DNA of 64,000 bases from a bacterium BMS3Abin02. GTDB lineage: Bacteria > Actinomycetota > Acidimicrobiia > Spongiisociales > UBA4744. A program made the translations under genes and the position numbers. The DNA lies in the NCBI GenBank assembly GCA_002897675.1, contig BDSU01000045.1, positions 23,282-87,281 on the forward strand, written 5' to 3'. The notes under the pieces were generated by a model. The model was not told where the DNA came from. It did no database searches and saw only the letters and a list, made by a program, of their open reading frames with translations. Below are positions 42,156 to 52,751 of the stretch, piece by piece. How positions within the stretch are numbered: position 1 is the first letter of the stretch; each line of letters starts with the position of its first letter.

Positions 42156-43070
42156 GTGTCGACACTCTTTCGCAAAGGTCTGCTGACGGTGACCGATCAG
42201 AAGCTGGTCCAGAAGTTGTTCACCGAGTACCAGGCCGGGCGTTCCGTCGCCACTCGGTTCGTCGCCGGCGAGAGTCTCGACGACGCAGTGGCTGTTGCCC
42301 GCCGGCTCAACGAGTCCGGCGCCATGGTCTCCCTCGACCATCTGGGCGAGGATGTGCACGACGCGGCATCGGCCAAGGCGGCAAAGGAGGACTACCTCGC
42401 CATTCTCGACCGGATCGCGTCAGAGGGTCTCGACGCCAACATCTCCATCAAACTGACGCAACTCGCAATGGCGTTCGATGAGGAGCAGACCCGGGAGGCA
42501 CTCGAGGAGCTCGCCACCAAGGCGGCCGAGGTGGGAACGTCGGTGACGATCGACATGGAGGAGTCCGCCTGGACCGGCACCACGATCGATCTGTATGAGA
42601 CGGTGCAGCGCAGTCACGGGAACCTGGGCATTGCCGTCCAGGCCTATCTGCACCGCACCGCAAGCGACCTCGAGCGGTTGATTCCGCTTGGTGGCCATAT
42701 CAGGTTGTGCAAAGGCGCCTATGCCGAACCGGCCGACATCGCCTACCAGTCCAAGGGAGAGGTCGACGAGTCGTACGACCGGCTGTTGGAGACCCTGATG
42801 GCTGCCGAAGCAACCAAGCCCGCGGTCGCGACCCACGACGAACGTCTGATCGAACGCGCCTATGTACTCGCCGGATCGAGAGAGGGACCGTTCGAGTTCC
42901 AGATGCTCTACGGGATCAGAGAGGACCTTCAGCACGAGATCGTGGCGAAGGGATATGCGCTGCGCGTGTACGTGCCGTACGGATCCCAGTGGTATCCCTA
43001 CCTGACCCGGCGACTTGCGGAGCGTCCCGCCAACCTCTGGTTCTTCGCGAGGGCACTGGTCGGCAGGTAA
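42156..43070 (+). CDS. proline dehydrogenase (monofunctional PRODH, TIM-barrel)
   Basis: RFVAGESLDDAV...VSLDHLGE...ISIKLTQL...CKGAYAE...FQMLYGIRED matches the PRODH family. GTG start at 42156. Confidence 0.85.
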   Translation: MSTLFRKGLLTVTDQKLVQKLFTEYQAGRSVATRFVAGESLDDAVAVARRLNESGAMVSLDHLGEDVHDAASAKAAKEDYLAILDRIASEGLDANISIKLTQLAMAFDEEQTREALEELATKAAEVGTSVTIDMEESAWTGTTIDLYETVQRSHGNLGIAVQAYLHRTASDLERLIPLGGHIRLCKGAYAEPADIAYQSKGEVDESYDRLLETLMAAEATKPAVATHDERLIERAYVLAGSREGPFEFQMLYGIREDLQHEIVAKGYALRVYVPYGSQWYPYLTRRLAERPANLWFFARALVGR

Positions 43071-43076
43071 CTCCCT

Positions 43077-43125
43077 GAACCCTGGGCTCGTAGGTGCGCT
43101 GGGCGCACCTACGAGCCCAGGGTTC
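43077..43125. repeat. 49-bp palindromic interspersed repeat, copy C (perfect palindrome)
   Basis: gaaccctgggctcgtaggtgcgc-tgg-gcgcacctacgagcccagggttc with 23-nt arms that are perfectly complementary; 6 nt after the PRODH stop, between convergent genes. Confidence 0.8.
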
Positions 43126-43136
43126 GCAGCGAAGGG

Positions 43137-44249
43137 TTAGTCGTCGAGCCTTCCGAGTAGGTCGTCGAACAGTCCTGCCTCGTCGTGGAGTGGACGGACG
43201 GCACCGGCGCCATGGCGACACCAGGTGCAGAGAATCCGTCCGTCGGCGCCAACCTTGGACACCGTCGGGGTCTCACAGCTTTCGCAGGCGGCCAGGGCTC
43301 CGGCCACGAGCGTTCTGACGTTGTTCAACCCTTCGATGCGGTCGCCGAAGCTCACCGCCGAGTCCGGACAGGCCACGGCGCAGATCCCACAGTCGAGGCA
43401 CGACGCCGGCAGAAACGAAATGGCGAAGTCCTCATCTCCCGGTGGCATCATCAGCGCATCGGTGGGACAGAACTGCACGCACGCTCCACACGCGGTGCAG
43501 GCATCCGGATCGATACGGACATCGGCGAAAGGAACCTGCCCCGTTTCCATCTCGTCGACCATGGGAAGGTGGGCGAGTAGCCGGGCGCGCGACGACGGGA
43601 CGCTGCCGACGGGGTCCCGGTCGGCCAATTCGGCTGCCCGGTCACGGACCAAACCGAAGAGTGCTCGTCGAGTGAAATGCGGGTGGGCTCCGTCGATGAT
43701 CTCTCGAACACCGGAGGTCCCTGCCGTTTCCGAGGCGAGGAGGATGGCCTTGGGGTTTCCGAGAAGGGCATTCACCGAATCGGCCGTTGTGGTGATGACC
43801 GTATGTGCCGAGCCGATGGGGCACTCCTCACAGAGGGTGTCGTCCAGCACGATCGGTCGGTTCCCTTGGTCGGACAGTTTCAGGAGGTCGCCCATATCGA
43901 GGCTGCCCAGGCAGCTGCGGTGGGTGACGACGGTGGCTGTCGGGACGGGGGCCTCTCGTGGGTTGGTGCGGCGAACGCACACGACGCCGAGCTCGTCCGG
44001 TGCGTAGAGCGAGACCGCTCGGAGGAGCGTAGGTTCGGTACGGTCTTCTTCTCCGAAGACGTCCGTGGGACAGACCGCGACACAGACACCGCAGGCAACA
44101 CATGTTTCGGTGTCGAGGATCGGTGCCGGATGCTCCAAGCTGATCGCATCGACCGGACAAGCATCCGCGCACAGTCGACAGCCTGCGCGCCGATGGACGA
44201 GGTTGAGGCATCGGTCGAGGTCTGACGATGGGACGTGTTCGCCGATCAC
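43137..44249 (-). CDS. multi-cluster 4Fe-4S ferredoxin-domain protein (polyferredoxin), last gene of the molybdoenzyme operon
   Basis: Several CxxCxxCxxxCP motifs (CRLCADACP, CVACGVCVAVCP, CTACGACVQFCP, CLDCGICAVACP); no signal peptide. Confidence 0.75.
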   Translation of the reverse strand: MIGEHVPSSDLDRCLNLVHRRAGCRLCADACPVDAISLEHPAPILDTETCVACGVCVAVCPTDVFGEEDRTEPTLLRAVSLYAPDELGVVCVRRTNPREAPVPTATVVTHRSCLGSLDMGDLLKLSDQGNRPIVLDDTLCEECPIGSAHTVITTTADSVNALLGNPKAILLASETAGTSGVREIIDGAHPHFTRRALFGLVRDRAAELADRDPVGSVPSSRARLLAHLPMVDEMETGQVPFADVRIDPDACTACGACVQFCPTDALMMPPGDEDFAISFLPASCLDCGICAVACPDSAVSFGDRIEGLNNVRTLVAGALAACESCETPTVSKVGADGRILCTWCRHGAGAVRPLHDEAGLFDDLLGRLDD

Positions 44250-44331
44250 CCGTGGCCTCCAGACACGATCATGGGTCCGACGGGACCCATGATCGCTGCC
44301 TGGGAAGGACAGTGCAATGTGACCGAAGCCG

Positions 44332-47300
44332 CTACACCTTCTCGACCCTCACCTTCGTGTCGTAGAAGCTGGCGCTGCCACCGATCGGATCGGTGAGGCA
44401 GACATCGCCGACCACCGGGTCGATTCGCATTGCCGGGTTCGGCACCGTACCGGACGCTCGGGCCGGGTCGCCCTTGATCGTGAGACCGTCGATGACGACG
44501 TCGTTGGAGCCATACGCCCAGTGGCCTCGCCACGAAAGTGCGATGGTGCCGGGGCGCATCCCCTCCATCACATCCACTTCGGCTTCGACGGCGTAGGTAC
44601 GGCCATCACGGAGATCGAAGGCTCCGGTCGGGAGGCTTGCCGACACGATGCGGGCACGGTCGCCCGACTTGAGCCCTCGTGCGGCCGCGTCCCTCGTGTT
44701 CATCTGGATGTGGTTCCTGGGGGATACCGCCTTCTGAAGCCAGGCGGATCCTCGGCTACGGCTCTGACCTTCCCAGATCTCCTTGAAGGTGATGAGCGCA
44801 AGGTCGAATGCTCCGTCGTCGATCTCGTTGCCGGCGGCATCCTTGACCGGCTGCCACTTCGGCAGACCGTCGAACCGTTTGCCGGTCATGCTGTCCTTCA
44901 CTTTGGACACATTCTCGATGAACAGGTTCCACCGGCCGTTCCACTGGTGGGTGAGCCATTCGGTGTCCTTGTACAGCTTGTCGCTGGGCTCGAATCGCCC
45001 GCCGCGGTTGAGCAGGTACACGACACTGGGCCAGAGCTTCGCCGGTACGGCGCGCATCCACACGTCCTCGTCGAAGACAGTCTTCGGGAGGTGGCGCCTC
45101 GCTTGCCGAAAGATGCGGAACTCCTCGCTGTCCGCCTCCGGCAGCGTTTCGGAGCCGTCCTCCTTGTCCCCGAACGCCAGGTTGGCGAAGAACGCCAGAA
45201 AGTACTGTTCCGGACGGTCCAGCGGGTAACCGGATCCGAGCCCGTCCTTTCCGAACCCTGCCAGGCCGAGTTTCTTGCCGACGGCGATCAAGAACGCGTC
45301 GAACGAGATCGGCATCCGCTCGCCATCGACTTCGATGATCTCGGTCAGTGGGGCCATCGTGGGTTGGCGCACCTTGCTCATCTTCGTCAGGATCGTGGGT
45401 GACGTGTGTGGCGTCCCCCAGCGCTCCATGTAGGTGAGGTCCGGCACGATGTAGTCGGCGTACATGGAAGTCTCGCCGACGACGATGTCGCACGCGATGA
45501 AGAGCGGGATCTTGGCGGGATCTCGCAGCAGATCGATCTGGGCTTGTCCTGCCGGAGAGGAGAGGACCACAGTCCCCATGTTGGTGAGAACCACCTTGGC
45601 CGTGTACGGATATCCTGCCGCGGCGCTGGGGATGACGTGCTGGTAGACGTCGTTCGTGAACGGGTACCACGGTCGCTTGGCCGGGAACCCGTCGAACAGC
45701 GTCGTCTTGTCGTAGGTCGCCTGTTGGCGGTTGATGTGGATGCCCCACTTCTTCAGACCGCCGGGGGCCGCGGCAACGACACTCTTCGGGAAGGGCGCCC
45801 CGGGCTTGGAACCGTCCTCGTGCCAGTGGCCGCCACCTGCGGTGAGTCCGCCGCGATGGTTCACGTTGCCGATCAGCACATTGAGGGTGATGATCGCCTG
45901 ACCGTTGTGGTAGCCGTTGGTGTGCTGCACCGGGCCCCGATACATGTCGGTGGCGGCACGCTTTCCATGACTCGTGAACTCGTCGGCCAGGTCGGCGATG
46001 TCCCGCTCACGTATGCCGCAGATGTCTGCGTACTCGGCGAGTGTCCTCTCATTCGCTCGATCTGTCAGCAACTGAAACGCCGGCTTGACCGCGATACCGT
46101 TGACGGTGAACTCGCCTTGCAGGACACCGGCCGGTGCAGCGTCGGCAAGTGCCGGACCACCGTCGGTCATAACGACACGAGCTCCCGCCACCGGCTCGCC
46201 GTTCTTGTCGGTGGGAGGCTCGAGTCCGGCGTCTTCCGCCGTGAGGAACACCATGTCGTCGATCCGGACCAGATGGGTGGCGTCGGAGTAGGTGACTTCG
46301 CCGTTCGTCTTTGCCGCATCCATACTCGGTGCGGACAGGTAGGCGGAGTCGTAACGCCCACTCTCGATGATCCAGCGGATCATGCCCAGTGCCAGGGCGC
46401 CATCGGCACCCGGGTTCACCGGGACCCACTTCCAGGCTTTCGCCGCCGTCTTGCTGAGCCGCGGGTCGACGACGGCGAACTTGAACTTGTTCCTGATCAG
46501 TGAGTCGGTGACCTGTTCGGCCATCGGTGTCGGGCCGAAGTTCGCCTCGAACGCGCCGGTTCCGAAGAAGATGACGAACTCGGCCGAGAGGAGATCCGGC
46601 TTCAAGTGATCCTTGCCGCCCGTCATTTGCTTGAACGCGATGTGGTGGCTCTGCTCGCAGATCGTGGTGTGCAGGTAGTAGTTCACCGAGCCCATGCCGT
46701 CATACGTGAAGCGCTTGCTCAGCTCCTTGCGGCCGTGCTCCACGCGTCCACCCAAGAACACGAACTGGTTGTTCACCGGCCCCAGATCCGGATGGTCGGG
46801 ATCGATGAGAAGATCGAGGTGGGCGGCGTGCTTCTTTTTGAACTCGTCGACCGTCATGTCTCCGGCAACGACGCTGCTCGTATCGGCGGCGAGTTCCTTG
46901 GCGAGCCCGGGATCCCGGAGCTTGTAGACGTCCTGGAGTCCATCGACAGGACCCTCTCCGAAGAGATCGCCGCCGCTGGTGACCTCATCGATGAACTGGT
47001 CCCATTCGATGGCCTGCCACTGCCCTTGGCCTCTCTGACCGACCCTCTTGAGTACTTTGCGGACCCGGTAGGGGTCATAGGCGATCTGCACCGACGATTG
47101 GCCCTTCGGGCAGAGCTTCGCATCGTCCTTGGCTGCCTCGGGTAGTGCGGTGTTCTCCCACAATGCAGGCAGCAGATTCATCGGGCTGTACGGGTTGCCG
47201 TCGACCTTCACGAGCACGCCGTCTTGGAGCTTTGCCTTGAGCGTGCAGGCCGTGTGGCAGCTCAGACACACCGAGTAGATGAGGTTTTCGGGGTTGTTCA

Positions 47301-47490
47301 GCGGATAGGCGACGCTTGCTGCGGCGGCTGTGGGTTCCACGATGTTCCCGGTGATTCGTGCCAACGCCGGAAGGGAGCCGGCCATGGCGATCGATCCGCC
47401 GACGAGGGCGCTCGTCTTGACGAAATCTCGTCGAGTTACCGACAACGTGCTGTCGCTTTGTTGGGTGTCGGCCTGGCGTTCATCGGCCAT
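44332..47490 (-). CDS. TAT-exported molybdopterin (bis-MGD) oxidoreductase catalytic subunit, PsrA/PhsA/TtrA/SrdA clade
   Basis: 1052 aa. Twin-arginine signal (SVTRRDFVKTSALVGGSIAMAGSLPALA), N-terminal Cys cluster CLSCHTAC for a 4Fe-4S, and molybdopterin oxidoreductase and MopB-binding domains throughout. Confidence 0.9.
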   Translation of the reverse strand: MADERQADTQQSDSTLSVTRRDFVKTSALVGGSIAMAGSLPALARITGNIVEPTAAAASVAYPLNNPENLIYSVCLSCHTACTLKAKLQDGVLVKVDGNPYSPMNLLPALWENTALPEAAKDDAKLCPKGQSSVQIAYDPYRVRKVLKRVGQRGQGQWQAIEWDQFIDEVTSGGDLFGEGPVDGLQDVYKLRDPGLAKELAADTSSVVAGDMTVDEFKKKHAAHLDLLIDPDHPDLGPVNNQFVFLGGRVEHGRKELSKRFTYDGMGSVNYYLHTTICEQSHHIAFKQMTGGKDHLKPDLLSAEFVIFFGTGAFEANFGPTPMAEQVTDSLIRNKFKFAVVDPRLSKTAAKAWKWVPVNPGADGALALGMIRWIIESGRYDSAYLSAPSMDAAKTNGEVTYSDATHLVRIDDMVFLTAEDAGLEPPTDKNGEPVAGARVVMTDGGPALADAAPAGVLQGEFTVNGIAVKPAFQLLTDRANERTLAEYADICGIRERDIADLADEFTSHGKRAATDMYRGPVQHTNGYHNGQAIITLNVLIGNVNHRGGLTAGGGHWHEDGSKPGAPFPKSVVAAAPGGLKKWGIHINRQQATYDKTTLFDGFPAKRPWYPFTNDVYQHVIPSAAAGYPYTAKVVLTNMGTVVLSSPAGQAQIDLLRDPAKIPLFIACDIVVGETSMYADYIVPDLTYMERWGTPHTSPTILTKMSKVRQPTMAPLTEIIEVDGERMPISFDAFLIAVGKKLGLAGFGKDGLGSGYPLDRPEQYFLAFFANLAFGDKEDGSETLPEADSEEFRIFRQARRHLPKTVFDEDVWMRAVPAKLWPSVVYLLNRGGRFEPSDKLYKDTEWLTHQWNGRWNLFIENVSKVKDSMTGKRFDGLPKWQPVKDAAGNEIDDGAFDLALITFKEIWEGQSRSRGSAWLQKAVSPRNHIQMNTRDAAARGLKSGDRARIVSASLPTGAFDLRDGRTYAVEAEVDVMEGMRPGTIALSWRGHWAYGSNDVVIDGLTIKGDPARASGTVPNPAMRIDPVVGDVCLTDPIGGSASFYDTKVRVEKV

Positions 47491-47491
47491 G

Positions 47492-48730
47492 TCAGACGAC
47501 CTCCTTCTGACGGATGATTGGGAGTAGCTGATAACCGGCCAGGAACAGGAGTCCGGCCAGAGAAACCACCCAAACGAAGACGAGCCATTCGCCGAGGCTC
47601 GGGTAGTAGTTGAACGTCAGGCCGGGACCGGTGAAGGCCCGCTTGAGTCCGACGAGTTCTTCGACGTCGAGGCCGGGAAGGACGATGTTGAGTCGCACGG
47701 TGAGGAAGGTGGATGCGATGAGCGCACCTGCCCATCCGATCGCCGCCTTCGACCGGCTGCGGAAGGTCAAGAGCGCGACCGGCACAATGACGCCGAGCAG
47801 GACGTGAACGATCCAGAACGCCCACCAGTAGGGTCCGAACATGACCAGCCGGATGCTCTCGGTCATCGAGGGCACCGCCGATATGAGACCCGTGGAGTAC
47901 TCGGCCCATTCGAGGAGAATGTCGAGAGCCAGGAGCCCAAGGACGATCTGCCCGAGGAAGATGACGGTGCTGCGGTGTGCTCGAGAACCTCGGTCGGGAC
48001 CCCAGATGACGGTGAGGAACGTGAGGAGGGCGCCTCCTGACACCAGGGCTCCGACCAGGAACACGATCGGTGTGAGGCCGCCGTGCCAGAACGGTCGTGC
48101 ACCGACCACACCGAAGAGTGCTCCGACACCTCCGTGGAAGGCGATGGCGAGGGGAACACCGATCGATCCGAGGATCTTGAGGATTCTGTGATCTCGCTCG
48201 ACACTTTCGGTCGACCGGTCCTTGCGTCCAAACGTCAGGAAGCCACAGAGCTTGCCTCGAAGTCCTGGATCGCTCGCGCACGCGGCCAGGTCGGCCCGCA
48301 TGGCGAACCAGAGTTCGACGAGTAGGAGGGCGAAGTAGCTGCTGTACAGCCACGCCATCCATCCCATCATCGACGTGAAGTGGGTGTGGGTGATCAGGCG
48401 GTATGCCCGCAGTGGATGTCCCAGGTCGAACCACACCAACAGCATCGCTCCGAAGAGTGTGATCAGAGCGGTGAAGAGTGCCAGTTTGCCGACTCCTTCG
48501 AGTCGTTTCACCCGAAACACGTAGACGAGTGTCGACAGCAGGAATGCTCCGGCAGACAGGCCGATGAGGTAGATGTAGGCGGCAACCCACAAGCCCCACG
48601 GTATGTAGCTGCCGTAGTTGGCCATCTGGTGGCCTTCGGTGATTCGTTGGACCACGCCGACGGTTCCCACGAGGAACCCTACGCCGGCGAGTGCCCAAGC
48701 GATGGTTTTCGATGTCTTGGTCACAGTCAC
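47492..48730 (-). CDS. NrfD/PsrC-family polytopic membrane (quinol-interacting) subunit
   Basis: About 10 TM helices; GTG start at 48730 preceded by GAGGAGG, 9 nt after the FeS-subunit stop. The track ORF's upstream extension overlaps the FeS gene in another frame. Confidence 0.8.
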   Translation of the reverse strand: MTVTKTSKTIAWALAGVGFLVGTVGVVQRITEGHQMANYGSYIPWGLWVAAYIYLIGLSAGAFLLSTLVYVFRVKRLEGVGKLALFTALITLFGAMLLVWFDLGHPLRAYRLITHTHFTSMMGWMAWLYSSYFALLLVELWFAMRADLAACASDPGLRGKLCGFLTFGRKDRSTESVERDHRILKILGSIGVPLAIAFHGGVGALFGVVGARPFWHGGLTPIVFLVGALVSGGALLTFLTVIWGPDRGSRAHRSTVIFLGQIVLGLLALDILLEWAEYSTGLISAVPSMTESIRLVMFGPYWWAFWIVHVLLGVIVPVALLTFRSRSKAAIGWAGALIASTFLTVRLNIVLPGLDVEELVGLKRAFTGPGLTFNYYPSLGEWLVFVWVVSLAGLLFLAGYQLLPIIRQKEVV

Positions 48731-48738
48731 ACCTCCTC

Positions 48739-49455
48739 TCACACCAGGTAGTAGACCGACGGTTCTGTCCCCATCTCTTCCTTGAGCCGGATCGCGTTCG
48801 GCTGTGCGACCATCTTGGCGACAAGGGAATTCGGATCGTTGATGTCGCCGAAGTAGTTCGCGGCGCCGATGCACGTCGTCACGCAGGCGGGCAGCAGCCC
48901 TTGTTCCAGCCGGTGGAGGCAGAAGGTGCACTTTCGTGCGTTGCCTTCGGGCGACCCACCGTCGCGCGGCCATTCCTTGCCATACTCGAAGTTCGGCAGC
49001 AGCTCGTACTCCATCTGCTGGGGGGAGCCCTCGGTGTACGTGCGGCCGGTATCGAAGGTCCTTGCGGAGTAGGGGCAGGCGGTGATGCAGTACCGGCATC
49101 CGATGCACTGGTCGTAGTCGATCTCGGTGATGCCGTCGTCGCGTTTCCAGGTCGCGCCGACCGGGCATACTTCGACGCATGGTGGTTCTTGGCACTGCAT
49201 GCACGGCCGCGGCATGAACCGTCGGGTCACGTTGGGGAACGTGCCGAGCTCCGTATCCAACACCGGGCGGTAGACGACACCCGGCGGAAGCTTGTTCTCG
49301 GCGACGCAGCTGACGGTGCACGCGTGGCAGCCGACACACTTTCGCAGGTCGATCACCATCACCCAGTGGCGTTGATCGACCGGCTTCTGGAGCGCCCGTT
49401 CGATGTCCGTTCGCATTCGGACGAGCACACTCTCATGTTGGAGCAAGTCAGGCAT
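48739..49455 (-). CDS. four-cluster 4Fe-4S electron-transfer subunit (PsrB/TtrB/NrfC-like)
   Basis: [57 protein letters not shown]. Confidence 0.9.
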   Translation of the reverse strand: MPDLLQHESVLVRMRTDIERALQKPVDQRHWVMVIDLRKCVGCHACTVSCVAENKLPPGVVYRPVLDTELGTFPNVTRRFMPRPCMQCQEPPCVEVCPVGATWKRDDGITEIDYDQCIGCRYCITACPYSARTFDTGRTYTEGSPQQMEYELLPNFEYGKEWPRDGGSPEGNARKCTFCLHRLEQGLLPACVTTCIGAANYFGDINDPNSLVAKMVAQPNAIRLKEEMGTEPSVYYLV

Positions 49456-49759
49456 GCAACATCCTCCTCTCGCATGACCCGGAGGTATTGCATCATCGAG
49501 CGCCGGCGGCTGCTAGCGGGAGAATCCCTGGTTCGTGTCCGTGAGGTCCTGCATGTCGCGAGGCCCGATGTCGGGGAGATCCCCTACACGCCGGAGGACG
49601 CAGCTGCCGAGGTTTGACCGGAAATCACCGGGCGCGATGGGATTCGCCGCGTGGGTTCGAAGTTCCCCATGAGACGACGGGCAGTCGATATCACGGCCGC
49701 ATGGGCCGTGTGGCCGAGAGAAGCGAACGACGCTCGGCGGAGCGGCGCCCAGGAGTCGT

Positions 49760-50416
49760 CTACTGAAGCACCTCGAGTTCCAGGGCGAGCCGCACGAGGG
49801 ATGCTCGGCTGTGGAGGTCGAGTTTGCGCATCATGCGCGCTTTGTACGTCTCGACGGTCTTGACGCTGAGGTACAGCATGTCGGCGATCTCGGTGTTCGA
49901 GTGACCGAGTGCCGTAAGTTCGAAGATCTCGGCCTCTCGCTCGCTGAGTGAGTCGTAGCGTTCGTGCTTCTGGTCGGTCGGTTCCTGTGGGGTATCGAGG
50001 GTGTCTTCGAGCAAGAGCTTGGTGTGGCGGGGGCTGACGTACACACCTCCCTCGTGGACGGCTCGGATAGCGGTGAGCAGCTCCTCTGCGGCGGATTGTT
50101 TGAGCAGAAAACCTGCGCCGCCGGATTCGAGAATCGTCCGCAGGTATCCGGGATCGTCGTACATGGTGAGGACCAGCACCTTGCAGTCGGGAGCCCGTTC
50201 ACGGATCATCGGAAGCGCTTCGAGGCCGCTGCATACGGGCATGTTGATGTCCATCACGACGACGTCGGGGTTGAGGTCGGCGACGAGATTCACGCACATC
50301 GATCCGTCGCCGGCTTCTCCGACGACCTCCAGGTCGGCTTCCGCGCTGAGAAGTGATTTCAGTCCGGCACGGAGTACGGCATGGTCGTCGGCGAGGACGA
50401 TGCGAATCGGATTCAC
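49760..50416 (-). CDS. NarL/LuxR-family response regulator
   Basis: REC (IVLADDHAVLRAGL...VVVMDINMP) + LuxR HTH (LSEREAEIFELTALGHSNTEIADMLYLSVKTVETYKARMMRKL). Confidence 0.9.
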   Translation of the reverse strand: MNPIRIVLADDHAVLRAGLKSLLSAEADLEVVGEAGDGSMCVNLVADLNPDVVVMDINMPVCSGLEALPMIRERAPDCKVLVLTMYDDPGYLRTILESGGAGFLLKQSAAEELLTAIRAVHEGGVYVSPRHTKLLLEDTLDTPQEPTDQKHERYDSLSEREAEIFELTALGHSNTEIADMLYLSVKTVETYKARMMRKLDLHSRASLVRLALELEVLQ

Positions 50417-51837
50417 GTGGGTACCTCGATGTATACGGAGGTTCCGCCGCTGCCACTTTCGAATCGCACCCGCCCACCGAGGAGGTCGGCGCGTTCGCTG
50501 ATGCTGTGGATGCCGACACTCTTGCCTGAGCGTCGCATTGCGTTTACATCGAAACCGACTCCGTCGTCCTCGATGATCGCCTGGACCAAGCCGTTCCTTT
50601 GCGTGACAAGGACACTGATCGTTCTTCCGTGGCTGTGGCGGGCTGCGTTGGTCATGCCTTCCTGCACCATACGGTACAGCGCGATTTCCACCGTCGACTG
50701 AAGACGGGTGGTGAGATCGAAATGGGTGTCCACCGAGAACTCGGGATATGTGCTCCTGAAGTCGGCGGCGTAGTTGCGCAATGCCTCGGCGAGCCCAAGA
50801 TCGTCGAGAACGCTCGGACGCAGGTCGCGTCCGAGCTGGCGCACCGTCTGAAGAGTCTCATCGGTGATCGCACGCAACTCGGAGGCTCTGGCATTGGCAT
50901 CTTCGGTGCCATTGGCCAGTGCCAGGGCGGAGATCCCCAGAGTCAGGGAGTTGAGGGCCTGGCCCACGTCATCGTGGAGTTCACGAGCGATCCTCTTTCG
51001 CTCTTCTTCCTGGGCGGTGATGAGCTGTTCGAGCAGGCGCGTCCTGGCCGCTTCCTTCTCATCGATGGTTGCCTGGCTTTGCTGGAGGTCATTGACCATG
51101 TGGTTGAATGCATCTGCCAGCACGCCGATCTCGTCTTTCGCCCAGCGCCGGGCGCGCGCCGCGAGATCTCCCGACCCGACCTTCCTGGTGGTCTGCACCA
51201 GATCGAGGATCGGGCGGGTGAGGATCCAGGTGAGGAAGATGGCGGCAGCGATACCGACGAGGGCGACGACCAACGTCGTGAGCAACATCTGGCCGGTTAT
51301 CGCATTGATCACATTCTGCAGCCTCGTTTCTGAGAGCCCCACCCGGGCCGTGCCGGCGCGACCGTCGAAAATGGGCGCAGAGAACTCATGTATGGTGCCT
51401 TCACTGCTCTCGTAGATGCTCTCGCCGTCGGCGTCGTGATGGATATCGAAGAGCTGGGTGGGGAATCCGTCGACTCCGAACGTGTGGGCTACGACGTTGC
51501 CGCTCGGATCGACGACGTAGGCATAGAGGGCGTCTGGGTGGTGGGCGACCGTATCGGCGAGGAGATCGTGCAGTGAGAGCGTGTCGTCCAGGAGGAGCGG
51601 ATCGACGCTACGACCCGCGATGTCACTGGCCATGGATCGGCCCCGGCTGTCCAGTTCACCGATCAGAACTTGGCGGAGGACCGCTCTCACCTGCCAGGTG
51701 ATGCCGAGGCCGAGGACGGTGGTGAGGGCAAGGACGATGCCCAGAATCTTGGTTCTGACGCTGACGGCACCCAGCAGTTGTTTCGTTTGACCTGCATACC
51801 GTTCGAGCCCTGACGGGTCGGCCGTGCGGGTGGTCAT
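50413..51837 (-). CDS. sensor histidine kinase (NarX-like; periplasmic sensor domain, HAMP, HisKA_3, HATPase_c)
   Basis: Two TM helices flanking a ~150-aa periplasmic loop, HAMP, H-box ARELHDDVGQALNSL, ATPase GMTNAARHS...DDGVGFD...GGTSV. ATGA overlap with the RR gene. Confidence 0.85.
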   Translation of the reverse strand: MTTRTADPSGLERYAGQTKQLLGAVSVRTKILGIVLALTTVLGLGITWQVRAVLRQVLIGELDSRGRSMASDIAGRSVDPLLLDDTLSLHDLLADTVAHHPDALYAYVVDPSGNVVAHTFGVDGFPTQLFDIHHDADGESIYESSEGTIHEFSAPIFDGRAGTARVGLSETRLQNVINAITGQMLLTTLVVALVGIAAAIFLTWILTRPILDLVQTTRKVGSGDLAARARRWAKDEIGVLADAFNHMVNDLQQSQATIDEKEAARTRLLEQLITAQEEERKRIARELHDDVGQALNSLTLGISALALANGTEDANARASELRAITDETLQTVRQLGRDLRPSVLDDLGLAEALRNYAADFRSTYPEFSVDTHFDLTTRLQSTVEIALYRMVQEGMTNAARHSHGRTISVLVTQRNGLVQAIIEDDGVGFDVNAMRRSGKSVGIHSISERADLLGGRVRFESGSGGTSVYIEVPT

Positions 51838-52751
51838 GGGGTCTGCTCGACCGCGTCGATGACTTCGCGTACGCCGTCGTACGCGCTGTCGGCGATAGGG
51901 ACGAATCCGTCGATGCCCAACGCGGCCAGGACCGTCACACCCGCCGGATCCGTCGAGATCGAGAGAAGAAGGTCCCTGAGCTCGGCTGCCTGGCGTGGTG
52001 AGACATCCGGAGAGACGACCACGGGTGGGATGGTGAATGCAGGCGATCGGTCGATTACTTTGATCTGCGAGGCAAGGTTCGGATCTCTCCTCAGCGCGTA
52101 GTCGAGGACGAGACTGTCGACTCCGGCCGCATCGGCGACTCCGGCCGCCACGGCTTTGATGGCCCGATCGTGACTGTAGGTGAAGAATGTCCGGGCGAAG
52201 AACGTCTCCGGTGTCTCTCCGAGTTGTTCGACGAGGTAGGTGGGATAGATACGTCCCGTCGTGCTGATCGGATCGGTGAAGGCAAAGACGACTCCGCGCA
52301 GATCGCTCATGTCTTTAGCCGTGCTGTCGTAGGGAACGATGAGTTCGGAGTAGTAGACGGTCCGGTCCTCGATCTCGGGTGCAACGAGGAGACGGAGGCC
52401 GAACTGATCGTGACCGGCAACGTAGGCGCTGGTGCACACGAATCCGACGTCGACCTCGCCGGACTTGAGAAGATCGTTGATTTCCTGATAGGTTCGGCGT
52501 TGGACGATCTCGACCGGACGTTCCAGTTTGGAACTGAGGTAGTCGGCGAGGGCGCCGTAGTTCTCGATGTTGCCTTCCGGTGACAGGATGGCGGCGACGG
52601 CGATGCGCAGAGGCTTCACCTGCCCGCCGCCGGCGGGAGGTATGGGCTGTCGTTGCGCGAAGTCGACGAATGGAAGTTGGCTCGCTCCGGGTGTGGCGCA
52701 CGCCGCAAGGAGGATGGAAAGGATCGTGACCAGGGCGATCCGGACCTTCAT
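51834..52751 (-). CDS. PhnD/SsuA-like periplasmic substrate-binding lipoprotein (candidate third component of the sensor system)
   Basis: Lipobox ILLAACA. Type-2 SBP fold (LRIAVAAILSPEGNIENYGALADYLSSKL...VDVGFVCTSAYV...YYSELIV...VFAFTDPISTTG). No ABC permease or ATPase adjacent; overlaps the HK start. Confidence 0.7.
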   Translation of the reverse strand: MKVRIALVTILSILLAACATPGASQLPFVDFAQRQPIPPAGGGQVKPLRIAVAAILSPEGNIENYGALADYLSSKLERPVEIVQRRTYQEINDLLKSGEVDVGFVCTSAYVAGHDQFGLRLLVAPEIEDRTVYYSELIVPYDSTAKDMSDLRGVVFAFTDPISTTGRIYPTYLVEQLGETPETFFARTFFTYSHDRAIKAVAAGVADAAGVDSLVLDYALRRDPNLASQIKVIDRSPAFTIPPVVVSPDVSPRQAAELRDLLLSISTDPAGVTVLAALGIDGFVPIADSAYDGVREVIDAVEQTP